A stretch of DNA of 64,000 nucleotides from Amoeboaphelidium occidentale (taxonomy: Eukaryota). The notes under the pieces were generated by a model. That model saw nothing but the letters and a program-made list of their open reading frames with translations, had not been told where the DNA came from and did not search any database. Position 1 is the first letter of the stretch. Every line of letters starts with the position of its first letter. Made by a program: the position numbers and the translations under genes. The stretch covers positions 124,001-188,000 of the forward strand of contig JALGPX010000002.1 in NCBI GenBank assembly GCA_023515795.1, in the 5' to 3' direction. Shown in pieces: positions 11,461 through 25,565 of the stretch.

Positions 11461-12157
11461 ATGTCTTCTCCAAAGTTTACAGCAAATCAGCCTTCACTCG
11501 TTGAGTATGGGCGACTTCGGTTTCTTATTATGGATGCTCCATCCGATTCTACATTAAGTCATTACATAAAGGTAACACTTATAAAAAAGATGCGAAAGGA
11601 GGGCTGCGAGGGCTTCTTCTTTCATAGTCTTCATTAGCATGGATGGTCTAACTTTGAAGGACTTTGAAAAGTATAATTGTAAAGATGTGGTCCGATTATG
11701 CCAGCCGACTTACAAGAAGGAAGCACTGGAAAAGCTCAACATAAAAGTTCATGTAATTGCGACTGCTACTGTCTTCTGATCATTTCCTGTTGCTTTTGTA
11801 GGACTGGCCCTTTGCTGATGGTGAAGCCCCGCCGGCGAATATCGTTGATGACTTTCTGAAGTTGGTTAATGATCGATTTAGCTCAGATCCTAATTCAAAC
11901 AAACAGTCGATTGCATGTCATTGTGTTGCAGGCTTGGGACGGTTAGTCTTATCTATTCGAAGGGTCTAATTGCTGATGATCATCGTAGGGCACCGGTTCT
12001 TGTCGCAATCGCATTGATCGAAGAGGGTATGAGCAATCTGGATAGTGTCGCTTATGTCCGGGAACGGAGGAGAGGCGCAATTAACAACAAACAACTCCGA
12101 TACATTGAAGCCTATAAGAGAAGAAAAGGGAAGAATGGGAAGTGTTGCATCCAATGA
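11461..12157 (+). CDS. PTP4A: PRL/PTP4A prenylated protein tyrosine phosphatase (4 exons)
   Basis: Spliced reading MSSPK...FLIMDAPS...|DFEKY...[14 protein letters not shown]...[19 protein letters not shown]...RRGAIN...CCIQ, ending in a CAAX box. Introns start near 11572, 11754 and 11942. Confidence 0.92.
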
Positions 12158-12357
12158 CAACGGCGCATTTTGGATCAGGCAGAAATATTCTTGAAACATT
12201 TAGAAATTCCCTCAACAACTTTAAAGCATGAAACACCCTCTAAAAACATTCAATAAACCCAAAAGGTCGTTTTTGATATTCGTGCCAAGTTGATCGGCTC
12301 AACTGGCAGCTGTCAAATTTTTCAATCGCAAATCGACTGGGACTGCCTGAAATAAAG

Positions 12358-14750
12358 ATGACAAGCACGACGGACAGCTTTTCGTATTCTTCTGTGGCTA
12401 TCATATGGATTCTACTTTACATGATCACATTATATCTTGTCTGGTTCTATTCATCAAAGAAAACATCCTGGCTGATCATCATTATCGCATCCTTTGGTTG
12501 GCTCATCCCTGCTTCAGTTGTCCTGCTGCTTCCACTTGATCTAACATCTGTATGTTCTTATTAATAGCATTTTTAGTATCTTACTAGATAGGCCATGTAT
12601 TACGACTGTAAGCAATCCCTGGAAGAACTACGGCAACATCCTCCTCTTACTCCGAACATTTCTAATAATGATACTAATACGACTAACACATCTGCGATTT
12701 ACGGAAATAATAGTGGAATGGAGATGATTGTTACTTCGTTATCCGAAGCTGTAATTGCTGCTTCCTCCGTCAACGCCACATGCGATCCGCCAGCTTTGTA
12801 TGTTTCGTCACAGTTTTTGGTTATTTCATGGCAGGCTGTCTATTGGGTCATGTTTATAATGTTGCTTCTATTTATTCCATTCTTCCAGGCGTACATTGAC
12901 TCTGGATACTTTACCAAGATCGAGAAAGCAAAGAAGAGTCTTCGTGTTAACTTTCTAAATTACGTCGCTATGGGCATAGTCGGAATTGGGATTATAATTT
13001 ACTTGGCAGCAACTGGACAGCTAAAGAATATTTTTGGTCTTCTGGGTATATCTATGGCCCTGTTGAATATGTTCAATTTGACGTATGCCGTAGTTTTAAT
13101 GTCTTTTGGTTTCGTTCAGATTCCAAGATCTTTTTGGCATTTAGGAAATAGGAAACGAACTTTACGGGTTCTAGAGTATCAGGCTACTCAAATTAAAGAC
13201 AGTTTAAACGATGCAGATGCGGAATTGGATGAACTTACAAAGGAGATACAAAGTGTTAATCGAAGGGTTAGATTTCATGATGATTTACGGGCGTACGTAG
13301 ATGTGGTTTTGGATAGTTTGGGACAGAATGCAGAGGTGCACAGTGCCGATGAAAGTCGTACTGAGACTTCGATGGATACTGATGTCACAGTTCTAAGTTT
13401 AGCCCAATTAAACAAAAACATTATACGAGCAGTCCGAAAGAAGGAGCGCTATCAGTATGAATGGGACTCTACTTGTCAAAGGGCTTTCCTTTTACAAGAT
13501 ATAATATCACAACAAAATTCTAATACCTGGAGGTTTACTTCAACAGCAAAGCCTATCACAACAAAATTGAATGTATTCAACTATGAACTTGATTTAACGC
13601 AATTCAGAGGATTCTTTGAGATTATCGACTATGTATGGCTTATTAAAGTAGCTCCAGTATTCTACAGATCGGTTGGAGTTCTTTTTGGAATCATGTCGAT
13701 AATCGTGATTTGGGCAAACGTAACTTATGCTATCACTGTAAATAATACGCCCATCTCTATAATTGGAAACTTGTATCAGGCAGAAGATGCTTCATATTCT
13801 ACGGTGCAGGTAGGCTTTATGCTTGACTTCAACTCACTTTTAGTTTGTTTCACTCGCTTTTCTTTCGTACATGTGTTTATGTTCCTTGAATTCAATATTT
13901 CGTATCAAGCTATTTAGTGCATTCAGCATTCACCCTTATCATCATAGCTCAGATACAAGCATCCTGTGGATTTCAGGTCTTATGTGTAGACTAGGTATTT
14001 TTTCAGAATTCTTTCTAATTTAAAGGTTTTCCATTGAGTTTCATTTTCGTCAATATGTGTTCAGGAAAAACCAATAACACTGCTTTCGGTGTATTCATGA
14101 AAAATATGGACATAGCACCTCTCATTGGTTCAGGAGCACAGGCGTACTTCCCGATTTTGATATCCGTGATATGTGTTCTGGACGTTTTTGATGTGCTGGG
14201 AAGAGTTTCGAAATGTTTAGGCCTTCAGGAAGACTTCTTAGATAACAAAGATTCTGATGGAAGTTGGGGAAATGCAGAAGATGGAAAGATATTGATTGCA
14301 GATGCAAGAGTCACTTATGAAAGACGTATTGGAGATCCTAATTATGAAGCTGCTCGGAGGAATTCTGTTGCAGGGCTACTTCACGATAAATCATCTGCTG
14401 GAGCTAGTTATGGCAGTAAGAAAGAACCATCTGAAAAGAAAGAATTTACATCGAACTATATTCTTAATAATCCTCTTTACGAGAAATACCGGAATAAGGG
14501 AGCGAGTTCAAATCGGCATGAATTGAACAGCATTAAAACTGACGAACAAACTGGTTCAAGTTCAAGAGCAACTAAGAACCCTGTAAAACCTGCTGCACAT
14601 GCATCTTCGCACCTCGGAAGTAAATACGCAGGAATCGGATCAAGAAAAGACAAAGGAAAGGATGATGCTAAAGGACTGCTAGATGAAGACGAAGATGATA
14701 AGGGATTCTCTGGTTTTACATCAAGCATTTTTAGCAAAAGCAACAAATAG
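12358..14750 (+). CDS. LMBR1-domain multi-pass membrane protein (LMBRD2-like), multi-exon
   Basis: VLLLPLDL, WQAVYW, PFFQAYIDSGYF, GFVQIPRSFW, YFPILI motifs across three ORFs joined by short introns (about 12550, 13810, 13995). Confidence 0.85.
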
Positions 14751-14779
14751 ATGATTTTATGGTACTTCCTTACGATTAA

Positions 14780-17700
14780 TCAACGGAACTGCAATTTGAT
14801 GTAAGGAACTTCAGCGTCTTCTCCATCTTTGTCGTTTACACAGACTTCCAACACAAGACTAGTAACATGACTAGGAATAGGCTTTTTGCATATCGTTTCC
14901 ATCAAAGTAGACAATTTCTGTCCAAATCTCTCCTTCTTTGGCATGAACATCGAGTACAACATGATTTGACCACAAGACAACATTGTGATTTCCAAACCAT
15001 GAGTTTTCTTGAAATAATCAATTAGCTCTTGCAAAGTAAGATCTCCTTTAATATCAAATCTATCCCACAAAGTCCATTCTTTGTTGTTGTACTTGTTCTT
15101 AGGTGCAGCGATAGGCTCACTGAATCCAAAGAAAGGTAATGCCAAATTGACAAATCCGTTCTTGTAGTCATCGATCTTCTTTTTGCCATCAACCATCTTG
15201 ATCAACTCTAGACAAACTAAACCGGTCACCAAAGAGGTGGTTGTTGCGATCGCAGGAATAATCTTTCCAGCAATTCCTTTGGTTTTGTGGCGATCAGCAA
15301 CAGGAATTCTGTAATTGGTTGCTCTTAAGTTTGAGCACGCTGTAATGAAGTCGATGTGGAAATTAGACTCATCATCCTTCTCAAAGTCGCAAGGTTCTAA
15401 CTTGAAGCCAGACATCGATGAAGTAGGCGGCAAAGCCTTTGAAATAACATCGATTTCATCACCACTGTCATTCTGCTGAACATTTTCGTTTTCATTAACT
15501 TGAATCTTAACACCCTTCTTTGGAGTAAATTCTGGCACCATTACATTTACAGCCACTTTCTTGATGTAAGAAACATCTCTTGAACCAGCGATTTTGTAAT
15601 TAAAAGCATGCAAGTTACTTGCAGACACAACGAATTCCATATGCAAAGGATTTTCTGGATCGAATGTAATTGGATCTGGAGCTCTCTTAGGACCAGACCA
15701 GAATGGTGCACCAGAAGATGTAACGTGATCTTTTGGCAATGTAAACAGCAACTGCTGAATGCTGTTGTTGAACCAGTTCTCAAATAATAATCTAGCCCAG
15801 ACAATACAGTCATCAAAAGAAGAAGCCTTTTCTGTAGTCAATGCCTTGAGTACACCTTCCAATACTTCCTTGGCACCAGCTCCTTGCTTAATGGTATGGT
15901 TGACAAAATCTGGTGTTGTCAAGTACATATTCACATTTTGAATCGAAGAGACAAATGCTTCATCGAAAAGCTCTCTAGCTCTCTGGATACAGTGCTCAAT
16001 GGCATTCGGAAAGCTCTTGACAGTACACATAGGGAAACCTTTCTCAGGAGGATCTTGGGACGAAGAATAAGATTCAGTCATGAACGGAACAACAACTTGA
16101 GTATTTCCTTTAGTACCCAAAGTTCCAGATTCTAGCAAAGGCTTTTGGTAATAGACGCATCTTCTGTCAACATATCTTCTGGCGTCAACATTGTCCAAAG
16201 CATTTGTGACTAAATCAAGTCCAGTCCAGAATGAATCATTGAAAATGTCTACATGTCAAAGTGAACTAAACTAAAACTTACGTTCTGTATCAGCTCCGAC
16301 GCGGTCCTGCTTAGCCGAAATCTTTCCTTTCAAGTCAGGGTTCATTTTTAGAACAGCGCCGATAGCACAACTTGATTTGCTTTTACCGACATCGCTAGTT
16401 CTAAACAAGAACTGCCTGTTCAAGTTACTGGTTTCAATGTTGTCCATATCAGTCACAATGATCGAACCTTTTTCCCCAGAACCTAATCCCATCATAGCCC
16501 AATTCTTTAGCATTTCACATCCAATCGCACCAGCTCCGACCAAGAAAGTTTTTAAATTAGCAATCTTTGTATGAGCAGTCTTTCCAATAGTCATAATCTG
16601 GCCATCATATCTAGATCCGACTGGCTGACATTCAGATTCAGTAAGACCGTCTGTTGGCAAAGATTCTAAACTATCAAAATATGCGAACTGCCTCAATGGG
16701 GTGAATTTTCCAGAACAAGCCTTCAGAACTTCCTGCGCAACAAAACCACCAAGAACAGCAACCATAGGACAGAAATCACCACGAGCCTGATAAGAAAGTT
16801 CTTTCAGTAACTTTTCATCGAGCTTTTCAGTCTTATCAGTGGACTTCTCATTCAATTCCTTGACCAACTTTACAATAATTTCAGCATCAGCATCATTTCT
16901 TGGCTTTGGAAATCTTCCATTTTGTTTTGCAAATAAGTGAAGAGCTTGAAATCCAAGATGTAGCAATGCAGGACGATCAAACTTTCCGAAATCAGTCATC
17001 AAAAACTCTGGCTTCACCAATGCTTCCTTCAATGGCAAGAAATCCATTTTGACTGGAACTTTGACTTGAGTAAATACTCCACCGGATTTGTATTCAGACA
17101 GACCTGTAGTGTCGCCAATTGAAAAGGTGAAAGGCCCGAGTGACTTGATCTTGCGAGGTTCACCAGAATTCAATTCATGCATGCCTACAACTTCTCTAAA
17201 AGTGACATAGTCCCCATCTTCCAAGCCGTGTCTCTGCTCATCTAAACAAGTAACGATACCATCCTTTTCTCTGGTAACGCTCGCAATAATTCCGGAAATT
17301 GGTTGTTCCCCATTCAAATCATTAACAACAAACCCTTTGCCAAAATCATTGAAGACCATCCCAAATAGACCGCGGGTTTCAGCAACGATGAATCTAATGC
17401 CAAGTCCGTGAGTGACTTGGTTAAGTTCGAGCTGCTTATCCAAAGAAGTGTCTGTTAAAACAACAGCCTAAAATCAGATATCCCTCAACGTAATGACGCT
17501 ACCGTAATATCCTTCAAATTGGAGCTATTTGGCTCTGCAGAAAATACACTAACATCCACATAGCGATTCAGTTCAGCCAAATGATTGACAGAAGAAGCAG
17601 CTCTTGGTTTGCCAACATCAGAAGGGTTCAAGAAGAACTAAAACTTAACCATTACAGAGCTAAACTTACCTGAGTGCTCAGGTCTTCAATTCTGACTGGA

Positions 17701-17913
17701 TTTGGGTCGTACAGCTTCACAGATTTAACTCCGGCAAGGATAACATTTTTTGCTAAGCGTGAGTCAATGGAGCTGAAGATAAGCATTACCTATTTCGACA
17801 CCCAAGCCACGCATGCCTACGATTAATACGTTGCTCAGAGTCATTTGTTTCATGGCTTCATGGCCTAAAACATATAGCTGTCTCGAGTATAAGCCTTCGT
17901 CGATTTTTGTCAT
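14780..17913 (-). CDS. UBA1: Ubiquitin-activating enzyme E1, multi-exon
   Basis: [33 protein letters not shown], catalytic [23 protein letters not shown]. Several 32-35 nt introns (e.g. 16249-16281). Confidence 0.97.
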
Positions 17914-18080
17914 CGCTCGTTGTTTGAAGAAAACTCGATGAGCAAACAGGGAAAAGTTGTCAACTTTCAAAGCCTTCTCAATGACCTGAGCCCCGAAACA
18001 AAATCTATTAATTTTTGTGACCCATGTTAGATCTTTTAACCTTAATGAGCCAATAATCTAGCCATGATATACGAGAGATA

Positions 18081-19853
18081 TCATCTTATCAAAAGATGCA
18101 AGACCAAAGGCCAAACAGATCCAACAACCATCATAAGTATACTAAACGCGAGCAAAAGAATAAGCAGCACTTTCTCCCATGGATATATTGCTGCCCCAAG
18201 GGTCTTCATGTATGCGATGATAGGGAATGCTGCACTAACAGAGAAGCTAAAGAATGATCCAATAATCGATAGTAAGCCATTGAAGTTTGGATAATAAGCG
18301 CCAACCAAGAAAGCTAGGGTGGCGATACTTATTCGCAGAAGGCATGTTAATGCGCAGTAAATATAAGGCGACTGGAGTTTCAACCTTGAGGACAAATCTG
18401 GAAAAGATTCCAAAGATTCTCCACTGCTGTAGGTTAAAGTAGAAGCTCTTCTCTTGATAAGCGGGTCTAAAATTTCGTTGTCTTCTTCTTGAAACCATGG
18501 CGCGATGAATATAGATTCTAAGCTCTGGCAAACTGGATTCAGAATGAGAGCAAACTTTGTAAGAGGGTTGCAAACGATTAACCAAAGCAGAACAGTGTTC
18601 ATGACCTTGTTGTAGCCTTCAACTTTCGCAATGTTAAATGTGACTTCTTCCAAAGTATCATTTCCAAACATGGTGTAGCAGACACCACAAAACGACAAAA
18701 ACCATAGAGTCACGAACGCAATTGTAATATTCAGAGCCTTATTGAACGTTTCTGGTTTCTTTAAATTTCGGTACATGTTTGGAATCACTGCAGCACCGCT
18801 GTAGTTGTACATAGTCATGCCCAAGCTCAGTGGTGTAAAGAGCCATTCCGCTACTGTAACTGGAAATAATTTCGTTTCAGCTGGATATATAATACTTCCT
18901 GGAGAGCTTTTAAGGGAGAAGCCATCGTACAATATCACGAAACCGAGAAGCAAAGACGTCATGATTCCAACAACACTACCGATCGACAAGACTCTGAATG
19001 ATGTGATCAAAGTTGTAGGCATCATTATTCCGAGGAAAGCAATGAGCTTTAAAGTGAAAACATTGCAAAACCATTCACCTGCATAACGTGTCTCCAGAAT
19101 AGTATAAAGCGTGTCCCCGACCAGAATCACATAAGAGCAAGAGCAAAAGAATAATTCCCCAAACAATAGCGCAGTCACAAGAAACTTACCCTTGGTACCA
19201 AATAACTTCTCTCCGATATCAGAATAAGAATTCGAGTTATTTGCAATCATGGCCTTGATGAGAATTCTGATCATGTATCGTGAGAACCATGCTGCTGACA
19301 GTATTAAAAAAGTGCCAATAATCCATCCACCCATCTTAAACATGTAAGGCAAAGAGAGCAAACCCACTCCAATAAAGATATTAATTGAGTTAAAGATGAA
19401 CTGACTTGTTGTCATTGTGGCGCGATCATCTACTGCCAAAATCTCAGTAAGAGCATCAAAGTCTGGCTCTTCAACAACCTCATTGTCGTCTATCTCATAA
19501 TCTGCAGATATACGCGAAGATAATCTTGCGCCTAGAACAGAAGAATGATCATGGCCTGAAACAACATCTCGTCTACTTGGCGTGAAATCGTAAATGCTTT
19601 GCAAGCTATCATACCACGATGATACCTGATCCTTAGCAGATCTCATTCCACGATAGGTGATCTGACTAGGCCTTCTGAATAATTTTCTAAATAGCAACTC
19701 GCCAGTTGAGCCATGTATTCTAATCGATGATCTTCTGCTTGGCTTTGGTGACGTGAACGAAAACGACATGTAGCCTCTACGGAACGATGTTTCAGCAGAA
19801 GATTCCATCTCAGGGGGTTCCTGCTGCTCCGAATTTACGTTATCACCGATCAT
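18081..19853 (-). CDS. Vacuolar amino acid transporter, AAAP family (Avt1-like)
   Basis: QFIFNSINIFIGVGLLSLPY, SYSDIG, about 11 TM helices, NPLTKFAL. Confidence 0.9.
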   Translation of the reverse strand: MIGDNVNSEQQEPPEMESSAETSFRRGYMSFSFTSPKPSRRSSIRIHGSTGELLFRKLFRRPSQITYRGMRSAKDQVSSWYDSLQSIYDFTPSRRDVVSGHDHSSVLGARLSSRISADYEIDDNEVVEEPDFDALTEILAVDDRATMTTSQFIFNSINIFIGVGLLSLPYMFKMGGWIIGTFLILSAAWFSRYMIRILIKAMIANNSNSYSDIGEKLFGTKGKFLVTALLFGELFFCSCSYVILVGDTLYTILETRYAGEWFCNVFTLKLIAFLGIMMPTTLITSFRVLSIGSVVGIMTSLLLGFVILYDGFSLKSSPGSIIYPAETKLFPVTVAEWLFTPLSLGMTMYNYSGAAVIPNMYRNLKKPETFNKALNITIAFVTLWFLSFCGVCYTMFGNDTLEEVTFNIAKVEGYNKVMNTVLLWLIVCNPLTKFALILNPVCQSLESIFIAPWFQEEDNEILDPLIKRRASTLTYSSGESLESFPDLSSRLKLQSPYIYCALTCLLRISIATLAFLVGAYYPNFNGLLSIIGSFFSFSVSAAFPIIAYMKTLGAAIYPWEKVLLILLLAFSILMMVVGSVWPLVLHLLIR

Positions 19854-19942
19854 TTAGTTAAAATCATGAGTGTACGAGGAATTTGCCAGCATGAAACCAT
19901 CACCTTGCAGACGTGATTCGCTCTCAAAGTTTTCAGCTTGAG

Positions 19943-22900
19943 ATGGACGTTGACCCAAAAGAAACTGAGCGTCCCAGTAAACCGGAAGCCGCCACAGTTC
20001 AAGACATAAATTTATCTGTACCCGCTGCAGCTCCTAAACTTAATGATCTTGTAAATTCTGCAAGCAGTCAGCAAGTGCCTGTTCAGTATAATGTTGCCCA
20101 GCATCACTATGAGACAGCGAACAGAGAAAACACAAATGGCTTCACATCAAAGGAACCCAAAGAAGAAGGAAAGGATGAAGACTCTGCCAATGGGATGGAT
20201 GTTCACAATGATACTTTTATTCCAAGCGGCGCAGACCATATTACAGACCAGAACTTCAAAAAAGAAGCTGAAACAAACGAAAGCATGCAAGAAGGTTCGG
20301 ATAGTGAATTTGATGATGTTATTCATCCCGGAGTTAATGGTGATACTCAGCAGACGCGCCAGTTGAATGATTCTGCTGAGGAAGATGAGAATCCACAGGC
20401 CGATGACGCTTCGTCAGATTTTGTGCCTTCGGAAGCAGAGCAGTCTCAGTCAGAGTCCGAGGAATCTGAAGAAGACAGCGAAGAGTCAGAAGTTGTTCAA
20501 AGAAGGCGTAGGCCATCGAAAAAGCTTGATATTGATGACTTGGATCCGGAATTATATGGCTTGCGACGGTCTGGGAGGTCAAGAGTGTCAAATGTTCGTT
20601 ACGGGGTAATTTCTGCTTGAAAGCCACTTAAATTTCCTGTAGGGCGATGATAGTGATGACGACGACTTTGGTGTACAAAAGAAAAAGAGAAAACGTAGAG
20701 TGTCAGGTAAGTTGAAACAGCATGTGAAAGTGGCTGAAGTCTAGACTCTGATGATGGCGAAGTTTCAGAAGATTTTTCCGAGGGAGATTCATTCATTGCG
20801 GATGATGACTCTGATTATGGTTACGTAAAGAAAAGCAAGCGCAAGAAATCTAAGAGCAAGAAGGCGAAGAGAGATAAAGATTTCGATTTTAGTAATTTTG
20901 GTACCAGGTTCTCTGCAAGAAATAGTCAAGTAAAAAGTTACAACATCGATTATGATGAAGTTGATGAACTTCTTGACGAAGAAGACAAGATGTACCAGGA
21001 ACAAATGGGTGATGCGTACTATGAAGAAGATACCGGACCTGCTGTTGATGTAGTGATGGACCATAGAATTCCAGAGAATGCTGGCACTGCAGCAGGATCG
21101 ACACAAAGCCTTCATGAAGAAGCAGAATTCCTTGTAAAATGGAAGGATGTATCTCACCTTCACAATACCTGGGAAACGTTTTCAGACTTGAAGCAGTACA
21201 AAGGCTTCAAGAAAGTTGAGAATTATATCAAAATCAACCTTCTTTATGCTGAAGAAGATGAAGATATTGTTCAAGAACAAATCGAAAACAGGAGATCTCT
21301 GTTGGAGGATTATGTCCTTGTCGAAAGAATAATTGCATCTCGTCGTGGTATCAGCGACACCGAGTTTTTGGTAAAGTGGAAATCTCTGCCTTATTCTGAT
21401 GTGACATGGGAACAGCGTAGCACACTTGCGGATAACTTTCAGGATAAGATTGATGAGTTTTTGAACTCACAACAAAATACTTGTGTTCCATCTAAAAGCA
21501 AAAAGTACAAGGACGTTGCATCTAGAAGAGAAGGCTTTCACCGACTTACAACTCAGCCTGATTATATCAAGGAAGGAAAGCTTAGAAGCTACCAATTAGA
21601 AGGTGTTTCATGGCTAGCTTACATTTGGAGCAATAACACAAATGGAATTTTGGCTGATGAAATGGGTTTAGGTAAAACCGTGCAGACAATATCTTTTTTG
21701 AGATACATGTATCATGAACTTAATGTTTATGGACCATTCTTAGTTGTTGTGCCACTTTCAGTTTTGTCTAATTGGTATAATGAGTTTTGTCAATGGGCAC
21801 CCGAATTTAATGTGATCGTTTTCATTGGTGGCACAGAAAGTAGGAATGTCATAAAAAACTACGAGTTCTACATGAAAGGAAACAAAAACAGGCTAAAGTT
21901 TAATGTACTGCTTACTACCTTTGAAATCATACTCAAAGAAAAATCATTCCTTGGTAGTTTTAATTGGAAGTATTTGGCAGTCGATGAAGCTCATCGTTTA
22001 AAGAATAGTGAATCTCAATTGCACGATGTTTTGAAAGATTTTAGAACAGACAACCGTCTTCTGATCACCGGTACTCCGTTGCAGAACACTGTTAAAGAGT
22101 TATGGTCTCTTCTTAACTTTTTGCATCCAGAGAGATATACATCTCTTGAAGAATTCGAAGAACCATACAAGGCCATTAAAGAAGCTTCTGATGATGCTGC
22201 TGTCAAAGTGCAAGAGTTGCAATCTAAATTGAAACCTCATCTCCTTCGAAGAATGAAGAAAGATGTTGAAACAAGTTTACCACAAAAGAACGAATACATT
22301 TTGCGAGTTGGTCTTGCATCATCTCAAATGGAACTCTATAAGAATATTCATTGCAAGAATTTCGATGTTTTGAACAAGAAGGGTGGCGGAAGTCAAATGA
22401 GTTTGAACAATTTAGTCGTGGAACTCAAGAAATGTTCTAATCACCCTTTTATATTTAAAGGATATAAACCTGAAGTGGTGACTCTGGACCTTATTGTTAA
22501 GAATTCAGGGAAAATGTTCCTGCTTGACAAACTCCTTCATCACCTTCAAACGAACAATCATCGTGTTTTGATTTTCTCCCAGATGGTTAAGATGTTGGAT
22601 ATACTTGCAGAGTATTTGCGGCTCAAAGGCTATCAGTTTCAGAGGCTTGATGGTTCTACGAACAATGAAGCCAGAAAGAAATCGATTGAGCGCTTCAATG
22701 CACCGGGTTCCAATGATTTTGTGTTTTTGCTGTCGACTAGAGCTGGTGGTCTTGGTATTAACTTGGATACTGCGGACACAGTTATCATTTATGATTCTGA
22801 CTGGAATCCTCAGAATGATCTTCAGGCTATGGCTAGAGCTCATAGAATTGGTCAGAAGAATACCGTCAATATTTACAGAATGATTGCTAAAGACACAGTG

Positions 22901-24559
22901 GAAGAGCAGATATTCGAACGAGCGAAAGCAAAAATGGTTCTTGAGCATGCCATCATTGGAAATATGGAAAAGAATCAGGATGCCACTTCGAGTAAACTAG
23001 CAGCTATGGGTTCAGTCTCTAGCACCAGCAAAATTGGTGTGGACAAGGAAGAATTAGATAAGATTCTAAAGTTCGGAGCCATGTCTATGTTTTCTAAATC
23101 TGCCGAAAACAATGAAGAAATGGAAAAGCTAGAAAAACTAGACATCAACGAGTTCTTAAAGAATGCTGAAAGAAGAGAAGACACTAATGAAACGACCACA
23201 GCTAATGAAGAATTTTTGAATTCTTTCAAAGTCGCTGACTTTGGTAGCTGGGAAGATGTTATTCCAGAAAAAGAAAGATCGAAGTTCAAGGAGGATGAGG
23301 AAGTTCAGAAGGAAGCCGAACTGGGCTATGTAAGAAAACGCACTAATGTTAAGAGTTATGCAGAAGATTTGCTCCATCGTGCTGAAGCTACATCACCTAG
23401 CCAAGCCGACGCGAAAGGTAAAAGAGGCGCTAATAAGGCATTAGGTAGTTCCGGAAGGCAAAAGGCCTCAAGAGCTCGCCCAGCTTCTTCAGGCACAACA
23501 AGTTCAGATGATTCTTCGTTAAACTCGAGAGAAGTGAAGCAACTGTACCGTGCTTTGACTAAGTTTGGATTCAGCACAGAATCAGGCAGATTGGAACTCA
23601 TAGCGAAAGATGCCGGTTTAACAGAGAAGAAAGATGGTGTTCTGTTGGATCACTGTCAGAAGGTTATTCAGGCTTGTAAGAAAGCTACAGGGTCTAAGAA
23701 AGGTATTTCATCTTTTGTTGCATTTAATAGTCTAGATTCTCCATCGAAAGATGAGCCAGAAGGCAAACGAAGTTCACATATTGAATTTATGGGCTTTGAT
23801 CAAATTAATCCTTCTATGTTGCTACAAAGAATCGCAGATATGGATTTGATCGAAGCTAAACTCAAGAAACTGTCCAATATGTACCAATTCAGATTTGATA
23901 CTGCTCTTAAGCCTGTGAGTCAGTCTGGCTGGTCCGATAGGATTTCATGGCCGGTTAAAGATGATGCTATGCTGCTTGTGGGGATTTATTTGCATGGCAT
24001 GACTAATTGGTCTGAAATTGAGAGTGACGAGAGGCTAGGGTTCAAAGGAAGATTCCAGTTTAGCTCTTCATCCAATGTTGCCGGACCAACTCCGATAAAT
24101 TTAGCCAGAAGAAGCGAATATCTACTGAAAGTTTTTCGAGATGAAGCAGAAGCCCAACGAAGAGCTGATAAGCGTGCAAAAACACAGGATAGACCAAAAA
24201 GAAAGGCTCAACAACTTACTTTGGAAGATTCCTCTACGATAAGTGGTCCAGGAAAGCTTCTTAAACCCGTTCAAGAGAATCTGGATGCTATGGCTGCCGT
24301 TAAAGGCAAGGATCAAAAGGAAGCGATCGCAGTTATCAAGGAACATATTCTTCCAGTGGGAACACTGATTCTCGATTTAGTGAAATCAAAGAGTTCAATT
24401 ATGTCAAAGAGAGAATGTGCCAACTTTGAGAAGAAACTCTGGAAACATGTTCTTGGATCATGGCCTTTTGATAATCCTAGTGAAGATACCGTCAAGACGA
24501 TATTCGAAAAGGTTTTGGCCAAGAAGAGAGACGACAATGTTCCTTCACCGAAGCCATAA
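19943..24559 (+). CDS. CHD1: Chromodomain helicase DNA-binding chromatin remodeller
   Basis: [12 protein letters not shown]-terminal motif, double chromodomain (FLVKWK...HNTWE), [55 protein letters not shown] region. Short introns near 20606 and 20707. Confidence 0.96.
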
Positions 24560-24675
24560 TATCACTCATAAATTTTATTCCAATTTGTTCCATTTTTAGA
24601 GGCATCGAAACAGGGCGTAATTGTGGCGCGGTTGAGCGAAATTCTTGTTTGCAAATCGACTGCAACGACCAAGCG

Positions 24676-25509
24676 ATGCCGGAACCAACAGCAGCAAGTG
24701 TACCACAGCCTAAGACCGTCAGCAGCACACCTTCTCTTGATACTAAAGGTATCGCTCAAGTTAAGTCTCTGATGGGTGCTGGTAAAGCACAACAATCCAA
24801 GATCATCCACGGCCTATCAGATCATACGGAAGCGTTAACTACTGAGACTTTGGATGCTAAAGACTCTCTATACATTAAAGGGTGCAGCAACAGTGTGTTC
24901 ACCGTCAATGCGACTTGTACGAAAGTCTTTGTGGAGTCTTGCGATAATATCAAGCTTTTCTTCAATGATCGAATTATCACTCACACTGTCGAAGTTTGGA
25001 AATGCAACAGCGTCACCGTTGAGATTAATACGACTGTGCAGACTTTGCAGGTCGACATGTGCGAAAAGTCGCATTTCAAGTTCAAATATGTGGGTCTGTT
25101 CAAGTCAATGATTTGGTCCTCATGTGAGGAATTGTCGCTGGGCTTTGCTGATAGTACGGAGCATCAAATTACTGTAGGGACCTCATTAATGAAGCAGAGT
25201 AATGATAATATCACTCAGCATGATCAATTCATTGCTCGCATTCTTCCAAACAAAGTTACCGGGAAGGCGCAGCTACTGAACGAACTGATTGTCAGATTAG
25301 AGAACGGGTTCCCTACCACTGAAAGGGAAGCAAGAATCTTTGAAGAAAGACAAGAAGCAAATTTACAAGCATTAGCAAAAGAAATTTTGGGTAAAGAGAT
25401 CACCATCAACAAGAAGAAGGACACAAAACCAAAGGCTGGGCGTAATGATCCTTGCACATGCGGTAGTGGTAAAAAGTACAAGAAGTGCTGTGGCACAGAC
25501 GTTTTCTAA
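24676..25509 (+). CDS. CAP C-terminal (CARP) beta-helix protein with C-terminal SEC-C zinc motif
   Basis: SLYIKGCSNS...KVFVESC...VEVWKC...TLQVDMC resembles the CAP_C beta-helix. Ends in GRNDPCTCGSGKKYKKCCG. Confidence 0.75.
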   Translation: MPEPTAASVPQPKTVSSTPSLDTKGIAQVKSLMGAGKAQQSKIIHGLSDHTEALTTETLDAKDSLYIKGCSNSVFTVNATCTKVFVESCDNIKLFFNDRIITHTVEVWKCNSVTVEINTTVQTLQVDMCEKSHFKFKYVGLFKSMIWSSCEELSLGFADSTEHQITVGTSLMKQSNDNITQHDQFIARILPNKVTGKAQLLNELIVRLENGFPTTEREARIFEERQEANLQALAKEILGKEITINKKKDTKPKAGRNDPCTCGSGKKYKKCCGTDVF

Positions 25510-25565
25510 AACGATCGAAATCATTGGACAATAAACGCGTCTATTCTGTGCTCCGCTTCATATCT

